Shown: in pieces, positions 52,023-53,770 of the stretch
Layout of the letters: each line of letters opens with the position of its first letter
Numbering within the stretch: the stretch's first letter is position 1
Assembly: GCA_964568045.1 (NCBI GenBank)
Contig: CAZMOL010000001.1
Coordinates: 2,044-55,813, forward strand
DNA from: an uncultured Thermotogae bacterium
Lineage (GTDB): Bacteria > Bipolaricaulota > Bipolaricaulia > UBA7950 > UBA9294
Direction of reading: 5' to 3'
DNA: 53,770 bases
Made by a program: the position numbers and the translations under genes
The notes under the pieces: model-generated
Databases searched by the model: none
Told to the model about the DNA's origin: nothing
The model's input: only the letters and a program-made list of their open reading frames with translations

Positions 52023-52433
52023 CTAGCCGCAGGTGCCTCCGCCGGGAGGGTCAGGGACTTGCGTTTCGGGTGGGAGGACGGTAAGACCCTTCTGCATGGT
52101 GGCGATCTTTCCACCGTTGTCCGTCACTTCAAGGGTGACCGTGTAGGAGCCCTCTGTGGCGTAGGTGTGAGAGACCTCGTCTCCACTGCCGGTCGACCCG
52201 TCTCCGTGGTCCCAGCTGTACGCTAAGATGACTCCGTCTGGATCGTAAGAAGACAGAGCATTAAAGGTAACGGTAAGTGGGGCTGGCCCGGCAAGCACAC
52301 TGACTGCAAACAATGCCACAGGCGCCGTGTTTGCCGGCCAGCATCCTGTCAGAAGTATCAGCGTTGACCCGATCAACACAAGGCCAGGCACGATCCGAAA
52401 CGTCCACGCCCACTTGCCTCTCATCTTTGTCAT
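52023..52433 (-). CDS. PKD-domain lipoprotein
   Basis: Lipobox LLTGC after a signal peptide. PKD motif YSWDHGDGSTGSGDEVSHTYATEGSYTVTLEVTDNGG. ATG 52433 is preceded by GGAGGA. Confidence 0.7.
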   Translation of the reverse strand: MTKMRGKWAWTFRIVPGLVLIGSTLILLTGCWPANTAPVALFAVSVLAGPAPLTVTFNALSSYDPDGVILAYSWDHGDGSTGSGDEVSHTYATEGSYTVTLEVTDNGGKIATMQKGLTVLPPETQVPDPPGGGTCG

Positions 52434-53184
52434 CTGAATCCTCCGCGATGTAGGTTGAAATTGCCGATACCCAAGTGTTTTCAGATCCCGCACGTGCATC
52501 CAGTAAGTACCAACAGACCCAAGCCAACAACCAGTAACAGAAGCAGTAGTCTTTTCATGCCTGCATATTAAGCCTCCATGCGTGGAGACTCCGTGGATGC
52601 CGCGTGGGGTTTCCGTGAAGATATCAGCGGCCGGCTCCTTTAAGCCTGTGAAGGATTACTGAGGAGAGAGCTTTGAGGTTGAGGAGTTTGACTAGCCCAT
52701 GAAGGCCCTCCCGCGTTGATCGAGAATGAGCAGCCAGAGGGGAGCGAGAAGCCGGTCCTTCATCCTGGGGGATGCCTATCGCCCCAGCAGCCTAGGCTGG
52801 TTGAACGTGAAGTGGTTTCGTCTCCGACTCGCCTCCACGCCACCTGTTCGCGCCACTCCTACGGGGCGAATTCTGTGACGTACAGTCGGATTGCATTGCG
52901 GTGTCCTGGACTCGCTTTGTGGCGTATCATGCTTTTCCAGGGATTCGAGCCTGGGGGCTGATTGTAGAACTTGTGTGCCGGCTGTCGTGTGTTAGGTTCT
53001 GTGGCGCGAGGTCACTTTGTCTTCAAGGCAAGAGGACAAAGAGGGTCTCGCGTGATTTGGCTCCGGCGCTTCTGTGGGCCCAAGAATTCATGACATGTTG
53101 GTCAACAAATTGCATATCTAGCAGGCTGCATGCTCTCGAGTCCTGCTAGTCGGCCAAAGCAACTACTTGGGAGGGGAATACTGG

Positions 53185-53718
53185 TTACTGAAGCCGTATC
53201 CACATCTGCCCGCATCTTTCTCCATCCGACATGGGTGCGGGGTCACAGCCGTAATGCGAGACAAAGCCAACTACATCGAATACAAACACCATGGCCGCCC
53301 AAGACAGAGCCAATCCGAAGAAAAGCCAATCGATGCGATCTGTCCTTTGATTTGGCATTCCGTCCGGATTTTCGAGATACGACGTGAGAAAGCCAAACAA
53401 CCTTCTTCTCTTTGTTTTCCCAGCCAAACATGTGTAGACAATATTGCTAAACTGGATGATCCAAGGTTGTACCGTTTGATTGGGTACGGGGGGCATATGG
53501 TCCGTAAAATTATCCTGTGGGTGATTGCTCTGGCGGTCGTGTTGTGCTGCTGCTCCTGCAGTGTCGAAGGAAGTTGCGGCATACCGGAGAGAATGTTGGT
53601 AACACCAATTCCCAATTGGCTGCTCTACCCATGGGAATTCCTCAGAGTACTTTGGGATTCGGTATTCAAGCGTGAGGATGCAACGGTGCCAGAGTGCGAG
53701 GATTTCATCCGATTCCAC
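53185..53718 (-). CDS. hypothetical protein (one C-terminal hydrophobic segment)
   Basis: It is the only long ORF in an AT-richer region. GTG start, no family recognised, and coding status uncertain. Confidence 0.3.
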   Translation of the reverse strand: MESDEILALWHRCILTLEYRIPKYSEEFPWVEQPIGNWCYQHSLRYAATSFDTAGAAAQHDRQSNHPQDNFTDHMPPVPNQTVQPWIIQFSNIVYTCLAGKTKRRRLFGFLTSYLENPDGMPNQRTDRIDWLFFGLALSWAAMVFVFDVVGFVSHYGCDPAPMSDGERCGQMWIRLQ

Positions 53719-53770
53719 CCCGTAGATTTCTCAAGCCCGGTAGCCCATGTCGAGATTCCCCAACATCCAT

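Noticed and set aside
52937-52954. tRNA or tRNA fragment (GGATTCGAGCC-like T-arm)
   Set aside because: The loop is 8 nt rather than 7. No D-arm, anticodon arm or acceptor stem can be built on either strand.
1-53770. CRISPR arrays, rRNA genes, intact IS elements, prophage integrase
   Set aside because: I saw no short regularly spaced direct repeats, no rRNA-like conserved stretches and no transposase or integrase-like ORFs on either strand.

Overview
High-G+C (about 60% by eye) bacterial chromosomal segment, apparently from an anaerobe; the taxon cannot be assigned from sequence alone. The left third holds a minus-strand oxidative-stress gene string: Fur/PerR-like regulator, mutM, rubrerythrin, ferritin, flavin reductase, a 53-aa rubredoxin missing from the ORF track, and a flavodiiron protein. 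Housekeeping genes follow: rpsT, secF, recJ, mnmE-jag-yidC, ribE-ribBA-ribH and hisS. From about 19 kb to 33 kb lies an accessory stretch where single genes or gene pairs are separated by at least five same-orientation copies of a 70-125 nt repeat. It contains a redox gene set and a polytopic membrane protein + PKD/S8 protease pair. In a visibly AT-richer segment it also contains a two-gene operon encoding a beta-helix (pentapeptide-like)-K+ channel fusion plus a small HEPN (RNxxxH) protein. That operon is my best candidate for an undescribed conflict/defence module. The right part carries central metabolism: pfkA, an otsA-otsB fusion, aspartate kinase and a Met-pathway PLP enzyme behind a terminator-containing leader, and an aminotransferase. 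It also carries a STAS-GHKL / STAS-wHTH partner-switching pair, an operator-bearing small-ORF-dinB operon, and a PAPS-reductase-like PP-loop ATPase + membrane protein pair. I saw no rRNA, tRNA, CRISPR array, intact transposase or integrase. Many long ORFs in the track are antisense shadows typical of high-G+C DNA.
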